A stretch of DNA of 64,000 bases, from contig JBDRTY010000001.1 of the NCBI GenBank assembly GCA_039801085.1, positions 310,852-374,851 of the forward strand, given 5' to 3'. The notes under the pieces were generated by a model. It was not told the DNA's origin. It worked only from the letters and a program-made list of their open reading frames with translations, and did not search any database. Made by a program: the position numbers and the translations under genes. Positions 17,668 to 26,496 of this stretch are shown in pieces. The stretch comes from a candidate division WOR-3 bacterium (lineage in GTDB: Bacteria > Hydrothermota > Tepidihabitantia > Tepidihabitantales > Tepidihabitantaceae). The stretch's first letter is position 1. Every line of letters begins with the position of its first letter.

Positions 17668-19279
17668 ATGGCTAGTTTACAAGATTTTTCATTGATAACA
17701 TCCGAAATCGCTTACTTAAAGAAAAGATACAGAATAAATGAGTTTTCCCGTGCGTTTATATATGCAGTATTAGAAAAACTATACGAAATCGATATAGATG
17801 AAATAGAAAATTATGTCATAGACGGCGCTTATGATTTTGGCATTGATGCTTATTATTGGGAAGATGCAAGAGCCGACGGAAGAAAAACTATAAATATTTT
17901 TCAATTTAAACATACTGAAAAATTCGAAAATGCGCAAAAAGCAGATGCCTTTCGAGAACGGGATGTTAATGATATTATTGTCAAACTTGAGAGAATCTGG
18001 CATAAAGATGGGTCATTACTGAAATCCCCCAACAGGCGGTTCACGCAGTTAGTCCAGGAGATGTGGGATGCTTTTAATAAAGGGGTAATACAAACGAAAG
18101 TTTGGCTGATTTCTAACTATATTAATTCGATTAGCGATAAGAATAAAATTAAGCATTTCGAAGTGACTGTGCGAGAAAAATTTAAAGCAGATCTTGAAGT
18201 ATGGTCGCTTGATGAATTGGTTTCATTGTTTATAAAAAAAGATTTTCGACCTGTGGATTTGAATTTGCAGTTGAGCGGCAGGCGGTATTTTGATACTACT
18301 ACCGGACAGGTTCGAGCTGTTGTTGGCGTAATTAATGCACATGAACTAATAAAAAAAGTTATCAACGAAAATGATGAATTGAGGGAGGAGATATTTAACG
18401 AAAATATAAGAGTATACTTAACCAGAAATACAAAGGTTAACAGCCAAATTTACAGGACAATAGAAGCCGAACGTGAAAATGCTAATTTCTTTTTCTATAA
18501 CAATGGAATAACAGTAATTTGCGATAGTTTGGTACATGCAAATACAGATAGCCCCGTAGTTGCATTAAAAAATTTTCAGATAGTCAATGGAGGACAAACG
18601 ATTCATGCTCTTTATGAGGCTTATAAAAACAATTTATCTGAGAACATTAAAAACATAGACTTGCTTCTAAGAATTTACGAAGTTAAAAATAGAGATATAG
18701 GACAAGCTATTGCGCGATACACTAACACGCAAAATCCCGTTAGAAGCAGAGATATAATGTCGAACGATCCCGTACAAATTAAAAAAAATAGATGCCGAGA
18801 AGGCGGGGCAAGTAATACTAGCTTTTTATCTGGAGAAGCCAGGAAGCGCTAAGAACAAGAAAAGGGAAATCTTTGGCGATTATTATCAAGAAATATTTGA
18901 TGAAAGCAAAATCGATGCTAAATATGTTCTACTGCCTTATCTGCTTTATGAAAAGATAAATCAAGATATAAGACGAATAAGACAGGAGGAGAAGAAATAT
19001 AAAAGTAATCCTAAAAAGTTGAATGCGTTAGCCAAAGATGAGTTTGTAAAACACGCAGGTTATTATTTATTATTGGGGTTAAAATTTTTTGCTAACAAAA
19101 AGGGGTTAGATTTGAATTTAGATAATACAGGCAAGATCTTTAAAAATTACAAAGATGTTAAAAAAGTTTTAAGAGATATTGTCAAACAACGTATAAGTAG
19201 GTTTCAGGAGAATTTAGTTGATTTGTTCAAAAGTGATGATTTAGTCGAAGAATTGAGGTGTAAGATCTACCAAATATAA
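17668..19279 (+). pseudogene. AIPR-family abortive-infection (phage resistance) protein, disrupted by a 1-nt frameshift in an A8 homopolymer (18781..18788)
   Basis: N-terminal DGAYDFGIDAYY, and the core NFQIVNGGQTIHALYEA (NGxQT). The C-terminal AIPR region IDAEKAGQVILAFYLEKPG...EIFGDYYQEIF continues in the -1 frame from the A-run through to 19279. Confidence 0.65.
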
Positions 19280-19297
19280 ATATAAATAATAGATACC

Positions 19298-20494
19298 ATG
19301 ATTCTAATTTCTATACTAGGAGTATTGGTAATTGTGTTATTTGTAATGTGGTTATCTCGAAGTTCTCAAAAAGCTGCACGTTCAAAAATACACCCCAAGG
19401 GCGAACGGCTAGTAGATGACAGTCACGGTATCTGCAAAAGTGCAAATTTACAATGCGCTGATGATAATGCAGTAGTAGCAGCTACCAATAACGGTTATAT
19501 AATAAATCCTCAAAGCACATTTCCGTTGACCATTTATAACGTTGATCGAGAAACTGCAATTATAATAAAAAAGCTACTTGATACAAAATGCTTTATTGGC
19601 AATGCGCAGGAACTGGTTCCTGTAATTCTTAAAACAAATCTTCGCTGTAAAGAGATCGAGGACTACATCAATACATTCAAACCGCAATATTTTCGTAAAA
19701 TTGAGGAATTGAAACAATCTTCGTCTGAATGGCAATCTGCATCTGAAAAAGATAAAGAGGACTTACTTGCATATTTTCGCGAACAGGCAATTGAATCTCT
19801 GGATATTAGACCATACTGTGACTTGGAGGTATTATTTGAATGTGAACCAGAGGATTTTACCATTGACGACGCTTTGCTTGAGCGATACGGCTATGATGTA
19901 CTACAGGTATATTTAAAATATGCAGGTGATATTAACAAAGTGCGAATCCTACCAGCCGGTCACTTTGAACGTAAAAAATTTGACAGGTTAGTAGAGTTGG
20001 GATTAGCAATAAATGGATATGAAATTGATTCGAAAGCACTTTTAAGCTCGCTGACACTTAAACAGCTTAACGAAATTGCAGCCAGTTTGCAGGAGAAGCC
20101 ATTTAGTCGCAAAAGCAAGGCAATAGAATTTCTAGCGTCACTGCCCGACGTGAGGGGAAAAGTTGGTACTGTGATTGCTCTTAGAGAAGTTTTCCAATTG
20201 CGACCGCTACCGCCAGAATTCTCGCACATAGACCTGAAGAAAATATCTGATATATGGTGTTATGTTTCTGAGATTGCCGAGCTGATAACACATACTTATC
20301 ATATGGGGAATTATGCAAAACAGGACATGCAGAATAATCTTAGTTTGTCCGTAAATATTAGCGAGTGGAAGATTTTGACTGCAGGTGATTCATCGTGCCC
20401 ATATTGCAAGCGTGCTGCGCTCAAAGTATATCCGGCAAATCAGTACCCTAGAGTTCCTTTGCACATAGGATGTAGATGTACAGTAATAAATTGA
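19298..20494 (+). CDS. Hypothetical membrane-anchored protein with a C-terminal Cys/His motif (CPYC...PLHIGCRC), in an operon with the AIPR gene
   Basis: Starts 18 nt after the AIPR stop. One N-terminal TM helix. The C-terminus resembles the conserved motif of phage Mu-F/SPP1 gp7 family proteins. AT-rich like the AIPR gene. Confidence 0.5.
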   Translation: MILISILGVLVIVLFVMWLSRSSQKAARSKIHPKGERLVDDSHGICKSANLQCADDNAVVAATNNGYIINPQSTFPLTIYNVDRETAIIIKKLLDTKCFIGNAQELVPVILKTNLRCKEIEDYINTFKPQYFRKIEELKQSSSEWQSASEKDKEDLLAYFREQAIESLDIRPYCDLEVLFECEPEDFTIDDALLERYGYDVLQVYLKYAGDINKVRILPAGHFERKKFDRLVELGLAINGYEIDSKALLSSLTLKQLNEIAASLQEKPFSRKSKAIEFLASLPDVRGKVGTVIALREVFQLRPLPPEFSHIDLKKISDIWCYVSEIAELITHTYHMGNYAKQDMQNNLSLSVNISEWKILTAGDSSCPYCKRAALKVYPANQYPRVPLHIGCRCTVIN

Positions 20495-20625
20495 CATATA
20501 AGTTTTTTAAATAATTTCAGAAAAAGATATATTCAAGATGCTAAAATTATTCGGCATGGTATCTTCATGATGCCTGTGATTGGGATCACTTACTACGGGT
20601 CAAAGATTGATAAGGTTTTGTCAGG

Positions 20626-20988
20626 ATGAGAGCGAATACCCGCCGGGTGGTGGCGTTTATCGCCGGGAAGCTGATTGCCGGCAGCGGGGCGTGGGCAATC
20701 TATGACTGTGAAGAGGCGCGGAGCTGGCGGTTTTCCGGCAGTGTTTCACCGGAGCAGATCCTTGTTTATGACCCGGAGCAGAGGTGTATGATCAGCGGTT
20801 ATGGTGAGGAGGGCTGTTACTCAATTTATCACCACGGTAACCGGCACCATATTGAGCTGAAGATTGAGGGCAGTGGCTTTGAGGGATATGACTACGGTTC
20901 GAGGTCCCGTTTTTCCGGAAGTGTGGAGGGCAGTTCGGTCGTGATCCTTGACGGTCAGGAGCGGAAGTATTATTACTTTACAATTTAA
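20626..20988 (+). CDS. Hypothetical small protein with an internal duplication
   Basis: Two units, WRFSGSVSPEQILVYDPEQR and SRFSGSVEGSSVVILDGQER. High GC. Confidence 0.4.
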   Translation: MRANTRRVVAFIAGKLIAGSGAWAIYDCEEARSWRFSGSVSPEQILVYDPEQRCMISGYGEEGCYSIYHHGNRHHIELKIEGSGFEGYDYGSRSRFSGSVEGSSVVILDGQERKYYYFTI

Positions 20989-20991
20989 TTT

Positions 20992-23613
20992 TCAGGGTTC
21001 GGTGACAACAATCAGCCGGTCGGGTTTGATGTCTTTGAGGGTCACGGTCTTGCCCGGGGCAAACCGGACCTGAACCGTGACCGGCCGGTCCGAGCTGCCC
21101 AGGCCGAAGTGGGCTAAAAGGGAGTTCTGGCTGGTGGTGCCTTTCCCACCCTCAATCTCGCGGATATAACGCTTTCTGCCCTGAATCACCGTGACCCGGG
21201 CGCCAATACCGCAGGCGTTGTGTTTTGTGCCGACTACCCGGACCTTGAGCCAGTGGTTGCCGTTTTTCGTGTCGTTGCGGAAGAGGCGCAGGCCGGAGCC
21301 GGAGCCAACCACCAGATCGAGATCGCCGTCGTTGTCAAAATCAGCCAGGGCACAGCCCCAGCCGTTGAAGACCCGGGTGCCGGAAAGATAGGTGGCTTCC
21401 GCAAAGGGGTAGTTGCCGAAGAGGTTCTGCCAGCCGGCAGTCGCCTGGCGCGGTGCGGGGTTGAGCTGGTTGAGGTAGAGGAAGGAGCGCCGGTTTTCAT
21501 AAACGGAGGTGATGTAGAGGTCGAGATCGCCGTCGTTGTCTAGGTCGCCAAATGCCGGATCAGAGTGGGTCTCTTCGTAGCGGATGCCAAGCCGGGCGCG
21601 GCGGTCAAGGAAGCGGGGCTTCGCCTTCGGTCCGCGGTTTTCGTAGAGCAGGGAGCGGTCGGAGAATTCTATGTAGCGGGGATGGGCAAGGTTGGCACAG
21701 AAGAGGTCGAGGTCGCCGTCGTTGTCAAAATCTGCCCAGACCGAGCCGATGGTATGGCCAAACCAGCCGGAAATCTCATTGCCGGCAATCCCCAGTTTCG
21801 GGGCAAGGTTGGTGAAGGTGGAGTCGCCGTTGTTGTGCCAGAGGAGGTTCTGGCAGAGGCGGTAGTTGGCAACATGGCAGTCCGGATCACCGTCGTCATC
21901 GTAATCACCCCAGTTGACACCTCTGCCCGCAAGGTCCTCACCATAGGGCGGAGTGATGCCGGCACGGGTGGTGATGTCCTGAAATCTGCCCTGCTGGTTT
22001 TGATAGAGCCGGTCCGGATACCAGGTGTGTTTTTCCCAGTTTTCGTAGTTGGCACAGTAGAGGTCGAGCCAGCCGTCAAGGTCAAAGTCGGCAGCAGCAC
22101 AGCCTTCGGTCGGATAGGGGTCCGAGGGGTTGCCGAGCGATTCGGTGGCGTTGCGGAATCTGCCGCAGTGGTTGAGGAGGAGCCAGTCCTGAGTGTCCGC
22201 ACCGCAGATGTAGAGATCGAGCCAGCCATCGTTGTTAAAGTCGGCAAAGATGCCACCCCTGCCCCGGATGCCCGTAAGTCCCGCTGAATCGGTGAGTTCG
22301 GTGAAGTGTCTGCCGGAGTCGTTGCGGAAGAGGCGGGAGCCGTTGAGCAGGAGGTCTTCAAAGCCGTCATTGTTAAAATCGCCCCAGGCAACCCGGGATT
22401 CCCGGCAGCCGGCAAGTCCGGCCGAGTCGGTGATGTCGGTGAAGACCGGTCCGGTGTAGGAGAGTTGCTGGCGGGCAAGCATAAGCTGCCGGGCAGGGGG
22501 GATGCCGAGCCGCTGGAGCGCGGTGTCTGCCCGGGCAGACCAGTAGTTGCGAGAGTCGCCGAGTACGAGCGCGGTCAGGTAGCAGAGCCGGGCGCTGTCG
22601 GGCCTGCCCAGCCGGGAGTAGGCATCGCCGAGCAGGGACCAGAAGGGTGCAGGGGTGAATTCGTTTTCGGTGTCCCAGGAGAATTGTTGCAGGGCTTCGT
22701 AAAGCACGGGCAGTGCCTCCCGGGGGCGGTCCTGAAGGATGAGCGCCTCAGCGAGCGCGGCACGGGCAAGTCCGGCAAGGGGCGGGTATTCGAGCTGCCA
22801 CTGGGCAGGGGGTTTGTTTTTCGGCTTTTTCGCTCTGGGCGCCAGCTGGAGCGCACGGCGGGCATACTGTTCCGCAAGCCGGGGCCGGAATCGGAGCCGG
22901 TTGTAGAGGGCAGCGGCATAGCGGTAGCGGAAGGGGTCCAGGGAGTCGTCTTTGAGCATCTCCCCGGTGAAGTGGGCAAGACCGAGGGTGTCGTTCAGGG
23001 CGTAGAGTGAGCTCAGGAGATAGATGTAGAAGGTCTGGCGCCATTCGGTCCTGGGATAGCGGGCAAGGAAGCGGGAGATGACCAGGACTTTGGCGGTGTC
23101 GTTGGTCCAGACCGGATAGAGGGAGTCGTAGAAGGCAGAGCCGATGAGTTCATAAACCGGGGCTGAGTCCGGATATTTGAATGCCAGGACGCTGAAGGCG
23201 CGCCGGGCACGGAGGGAGTCTTCGCCGAGGACAAAGCCGGCGTGGGCAAGGAGGAGGTTGCGGTAGGTGGTGTCAATGAAGTAGCCGCCGGCTTCAGCGC
23301 GGATGAGCTGGCGGACCGAGTCGAGCCGGGCGGAGTCCGGGCGGTGAAGGTTGCAGAGCGCCTGCCATCTGCCAATGACCGCCGAGTCGTCGTCGGGCCT
23401 TGCTTTCAGCACCTTTTCCCAGAAGTAGAGGCTGGAGTCGTACCGGCGCCAGTGATCATAGACCCGGGCAAGGTCTTTGAGCAGTGCCGGGTTTTGCGGC
23501 TGGCGCTGGAGCCGGGCGTAGTAATAATCGGTGGCAGCCGGATAGTCCTGCCGGGCAAGAAAGTCCTGCAGTGCCGGCCGGGCGGTGAGGATGAGGAGTG
23601 AAATCAGGAGCAT
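20992..23613 (-). CDS. TPR + FG-GAP/VCBS-repeat + ASPIC/UnbV-domain protein (CRTAC1-like)
   Basis: N-terminal TPR-like helices. Seven repeats of ADFNNDGWLDLY / DFDNDGDLDL type. C-terminal UnbV/ASPIC-like segment. Confidence 0.6.
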   Translation of the reverse strand: MLLISLLILTARPALQDFLARQDYPAATDYYYARLQRQPQNPALLKDLARVYDHWRRYDSSLYFWEKVLKARPDDDSAVIGRWQALCNLHRPDSARLDSVRQLIRAEAGGYFIDTTYRNLLLAHAGFVLGEDSLRARRAFSVLAFKYPDSAPVYELIGSAFYDSLYPVWTNDTAKVLVISRFLARYPRTEWRQTFYIYLLSSLYALNDTLGLAHFTGEMLKDDSLDPFRYRYAAALYNRLRFRPRLAEQYARRALQLAPRAKKPKNKPPAQWQLEYPPLAGLARAALAEALILQDRPREALPVLYEALQQFSWDTENEFTPAPFWSLLGDAYSRLGRPDSARLCYLTALVLGDSRNYWSARADTALQRLGIPPARQLMLARQQLSYTGPVFTDITDSAGLAGCRESRVAWGDFNNDGFEDLLLNGSRLFRNDSGRHFTELTDSAGLTGIRGRGGIFADFNNDGWLDLYICGADTQDWLLLNHCGRFRNATESLGNPSDPYPTEGCAAADFDLDGWLDLYCANYENWEKHTWYPDRLYQNQQGRFQDITTRAGITPPYGEDLAGRGVNWGDYDDDGDPDCHVANYRLCQNLLWHNNGDSTFTNLAPKLGIAGNEISGWFGHTIGSVWADFDNDGDLDLFCANLAHPRYIEFSDRSLLYENRGPKAKPRFLDRRARLGIRYEETHSDPAFGDLDNDGDLDLYITSVYENRRSFLYLNQLNPAPRQATAGWQNLFGNYPFAEATYLSGTRVFNGWGCALADFDNDGDLDLVVGSGSGLRLFRNDTKNGNHWLKVRVVGTKHNACGIGARVTVIQGRKRYIREIEGGKGTTSQNSLLAHFGLGSSDRPVTVQVRFAPGKTVTLKDIKPDRLIVVTEP

Positions 23614-23654
23614 CAGAGGATAAATTTAGGGGTAAAATTTCAGGAAGTCAATAG

Positions 23655-24773
23655 TTAAAGCAGGGGCAGTTCGTAGAGCCGGTAGCGCTTGTAGATCCTG
23701 CCACCGATCGCCAGGTCAAACTGGTTGATCGGGTCGTTGTCCTCGAGGTTCCAGCCGAGTTCGCACCATTTGTAACCTTTGCGTGCGGCATTGCGCTCAG
23801 TCTCGTAATAAAGCACCGCAATGATGCCGGTGTTGCGGAACTCCTTTTTGACCCCGCCAATCAACGCCCGAACACCATCAATCCTTTTGCGGTAATAGAG
23901 CAGTTTGACCAGCTCCAGCGGTCCGAGCCTGCCATTGAGGTGTCTGAGCACCTGATTCCAGTCCGGAATGGTGACCGTGACTCCGACCGGCTGACCGTCA
24001 ATTTCCGCAAAGAGCACCAGGTCCGGATCAGCAAGCTGTTTCAGCTTGCGGGCGGTCAGGTCCATCTCCTTGTCGGTCATGGGCACAAAGCCCCAGTTTT
24101 TCTCCCAGGCGGAGTTGTAGATGTCCTTGAGAAACTGGATGTCCCGCTCAAACCGCTTCATATCAAAGGGACGGACCCTGACGCCGGTGCGGCGCTTGAT
24201 CGCATTGATCATCCGCTCAATCCGCTCCGGAATGCCGTCGGCTGCCAGTTTCAGGAGGGCATAAAGGTCCTTTGCCTTGTGGAAGCCGTAGCGCTCGGCG
24301 AACTCCAGGTAGTATTTATGCGTGTAAGGCATCATGATCGTCGGCGGTTGAGCAAAACCTTCCAGCAGGAAGGCACATTCGTCGTTGAGGCTGGGGTTGA
24401 CCGGTCCGCGCAGCCGTTCCATTCCCTGATTTTTCACCCATTCGCGGGCGGTATCCCACAGTTTTTCGGCAACCAGGTAGTCTTCAATACATTCAAAGAA
24501 GCCGAAGAAGCCGGTCTTTTCCTGATGAAAGCGGTTGTGGTTGTCGTCAATAATCGCCGCAATTCTGCCGACCGGCGTTGCATTCTGCCGGGCAAGGAAC
24601 AGTTCGCGCCGGGCATGCTCCCAGAACGGGTTTTTTGCGGTGTCAAGGGTCTCATGGACCTCGGAAATCAGGGGCGGCACCCAGTAGGGGTTGCCCTGAT
24701 AGACTTTCCAGGGGAGGCGGATGAAGTCAGTCAGGTCTTTTTTGCTCCGGACCGGTTCAATTGAAATTCCCAT
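23655..24773 (-). CDS. Hypothetical protein, possibly a GNAT-fold N-acyltransferase family member
   Basis: 372 aa with good coding composition. Only a weak resemblance to two-domain GNAT/FemAB-like proteins. Confidence 0.35.
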   Translation of the reverse strand: MGISIEPVRSKKDLTDFIRLPWKVYQGNPYWVPPLISEVHETLDTAKNPFWEHARRELFLARQNATPVGRIAAIIDDNHNRFHQEKTGFFGFFECIEDYLVAEKLWDTAREWVKNQGMERLRGPVNPSLNDECAFLLEGFAQPPTIMMPYTHKYYLEFAERYGFHKAKDLYALLKLAADGIPERIERMINAIKRRTGVRVRPFDMKRFERDIQFLKDIYNSAWEKNWGFVPMTDKEMDLTARKLKQLADPDLVLFAEIDGQPVGVTVTIPDWNQVLRHLNGRLGPLELVKLLYYRKRIDGVRALIGGVKKEFRNTGIIAVLYYETERNAARKGYKWCELGWNLEDNDPINQFDLAIGGRIYKRYRLYELPLL

Positions 24774-24901
24774 TGATCATCCTTGGTTTCCTGAATGCCC
24801 TACCAAAAAATGATAATATGAAAAATTGTGAAAGTCAAATTGCTGAGTGCATATTTTGATTTGGTCAGCGGTTTGATTATTGTTAAGAAAAGGAGTGATA
24901 A

Positions 24902-26488
24902 ATGGTCAGAATATTACCACTGGCTTTGATGCTCGCAGCCGGGCTGGCAATGCCACCCGCACCGGGTTTTCAGGGACCGATGCCGGTCTTTCCGCCCGGG
25001 GTCGAGGTTCCCGGTCCGAATAAACTGAAGGGTTATGATTTCTGCGAGACGGTGACGATCCTGATGCAGTTTCCGGACAACCGGGCAGACACGGTTGAGC
25101 ATTCACCTGCCAGGTTTGATTCCATGCTGTATTCGACCGGGGTCTACAATAATGCGCCCTACCGGGCAGGGAGTCTGAACGATTTCTTTCTGGAGAACTC
25201 TTATGGTCGGTATTCGGTGCGGGGCGGGGTTGCCGGCAATCGGTGGTTTCTGTCCCGGTACAATTATTCCCGGTATTATGACGGTAATTACATGCTTTCC
25301 ACCGGCGGTCAGCTTGCCCGGGAGAATCTCGAGCAGGTGGATTCGTTTGTTGATTTCCGGGAGTATGACATTGATGGGGACGGGCATGTTGATGCGCTGT
25401 TTATGGTTCATGCCGGGGCGGACGGCGCGGATAATGGGGATGTGAATTGTTGCTGGTCGCATGCGATTCCCGGTTTTAATTACCGGACGAATGATGGGGT
25501 GGTCATTGACGGGGTGACGAATGTGCCGGAGTTTGCCATGGTGACCGAAACCCGGGATACAACGCTGTGTTGTATTGCGGTGATGTGTCATGAGCTGGGG
25601 CATCTGGTCGGGCTGCCGGATCTGTATGACTATTCCCGTTACAGCTGGGGTGTGGGCTATTGGGGGCTGATGGGCTATGGTGCCTGGGGTGCGGGCGGTA
25701 ATACGCCGTGGAGTCCGGCGCATATGGAGGCGTGGAGTAAGGTTGAGGCCGGTTTTGTGCAGCCGGTGGTGATTGCCCGCGATACTTTCGGGCTGCGGAT
25801 TGTGGATGTGGAGACCCATCCGGTGGTCTATAAGGTCTGGCGTCAGGGGAGGAGTTGTGATACCTGTTTTCTGCTGGAGAATCGGCAGAGGAAGGGGTTT
25901 GATGCGCTGCTGCCCGGGTCCGGGCTTTTGATCTGGCACATTGACCCGTATTACAGCGCCTATCATAATCGGGTGGATCTGGAGGAGGATTCGACTAATC
26001 ATCTGGACCGGGGTAACGGGGTGAGGCCGGATCCGCATGTCTATCATGAGGCGCTGGGCGATACCTCAGATCCGCTGCCCGGGATCTGGAACCGCACGAG
26101 TTTTGATAACTGGTCCAATCCTTCGAGCCGGGCAAGGAACGGTCAGCCGACCTGGGTGAGTGTGAGGAATATCCGGGAGGTGGGGGATACGATTGTGTGC
26201 GATGTGAGTTTTGACTCAAGTCAGGTTGGAGTTGAGGAGCCGGAGCGCCGGGTGCCGGGGTTGAGGGTTGAGCCGGGGATATCCCGGTCCGGATTCAGAG
26301 TTGAGGTTGAGGGGGGAGGACCGGTTGCGGTGGCAGTTTTCAGTAGTGATGGCAGGAGGGTTTGGAGCGGAGTGGTGCCGGAGCGGGGCTGGTGGAAGGG
26401 GGTTGACAGTCAGGGGCGGAGGGTTGGGAGCGGTGTTTATCTGGTGCGCGCCGGGAGTTTGACCCGGAGGGTGGTGTTGGAGCGATAG
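24902..26488 (+). CDS. M6-family (immune inhibitor A-like) zinc metallopeptidase with a T9SS C-terminal domain
   Basis: HExxH as CHELGH, with TIGR03296-like flanking motifs (MVHAGADGA, WSHA). Signal peptide. C-terminal CTD ...GVYLVRAGSLTRRVVLER. Confidence 0.65.
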   Translation: MVRILPLALMLAAGLAMPPAPGFQGPMPVFPPGVEVPGPNKLKGYDFCETVTILMQFPDNRADTVEHSPARFDSMLYSTGVYNNAPYRAGSLNDFFLENSYGRYSVRGGVAGNRWFLSRYNYSRYYDGNYMLSTGGQLARENLEQVDSFVDFREYDIDGDGHVDALFMVHAGADGADNGDVNCCWSHAIPGFNYRTNDGVVIDGVTNVPEFAMVTETRDTTLCCIAVMCHELGHLVGLPDLYDYSRYSWGVGYWGLMGYGAWGAGGNTPWSPAHMEAWSKVEAGFVQPVVIARDTFGLRIVDVETHPVVYKVWRQGRSCDTCFLLENRQRKGFDALLPGSGLLIWHIDPYYSAYHNRVDLEEDSTNHLDRGNGVRPDPHVYHEALGDTSDPLPGIWNRTSFDNWSNPSSRARNGQPTWVSVRNIREVGDTIVCDVSFDSSQVGVEEPERRVPGLRVEPGISRSGFRVEVEGGGPVAVAVFSSDGRRVWSGVVPERGWWKGVDSQGRRVGSGVYLVRAGSLTRRVVLER

Positions 26489-26496
26489 GAGGAGGA

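Noticed and set aside
21191-23375. Multiple ORFs on both strands overlapping the 20992..23613 FG-GAP/TPR gene
   Set aside because: - Alternative-frame artefacts. Only the minus-strand 873-aa frame shows the FG-GAP repeat periodicity and TPR N-terminus.
25103-26047. 314-aa minus-strand ORF inside the M6 peptidase gene
   Set aside because: - Proline/His/Ile-rich nonsense translation. The plus strand carries HExxH and a T9SS CTD.
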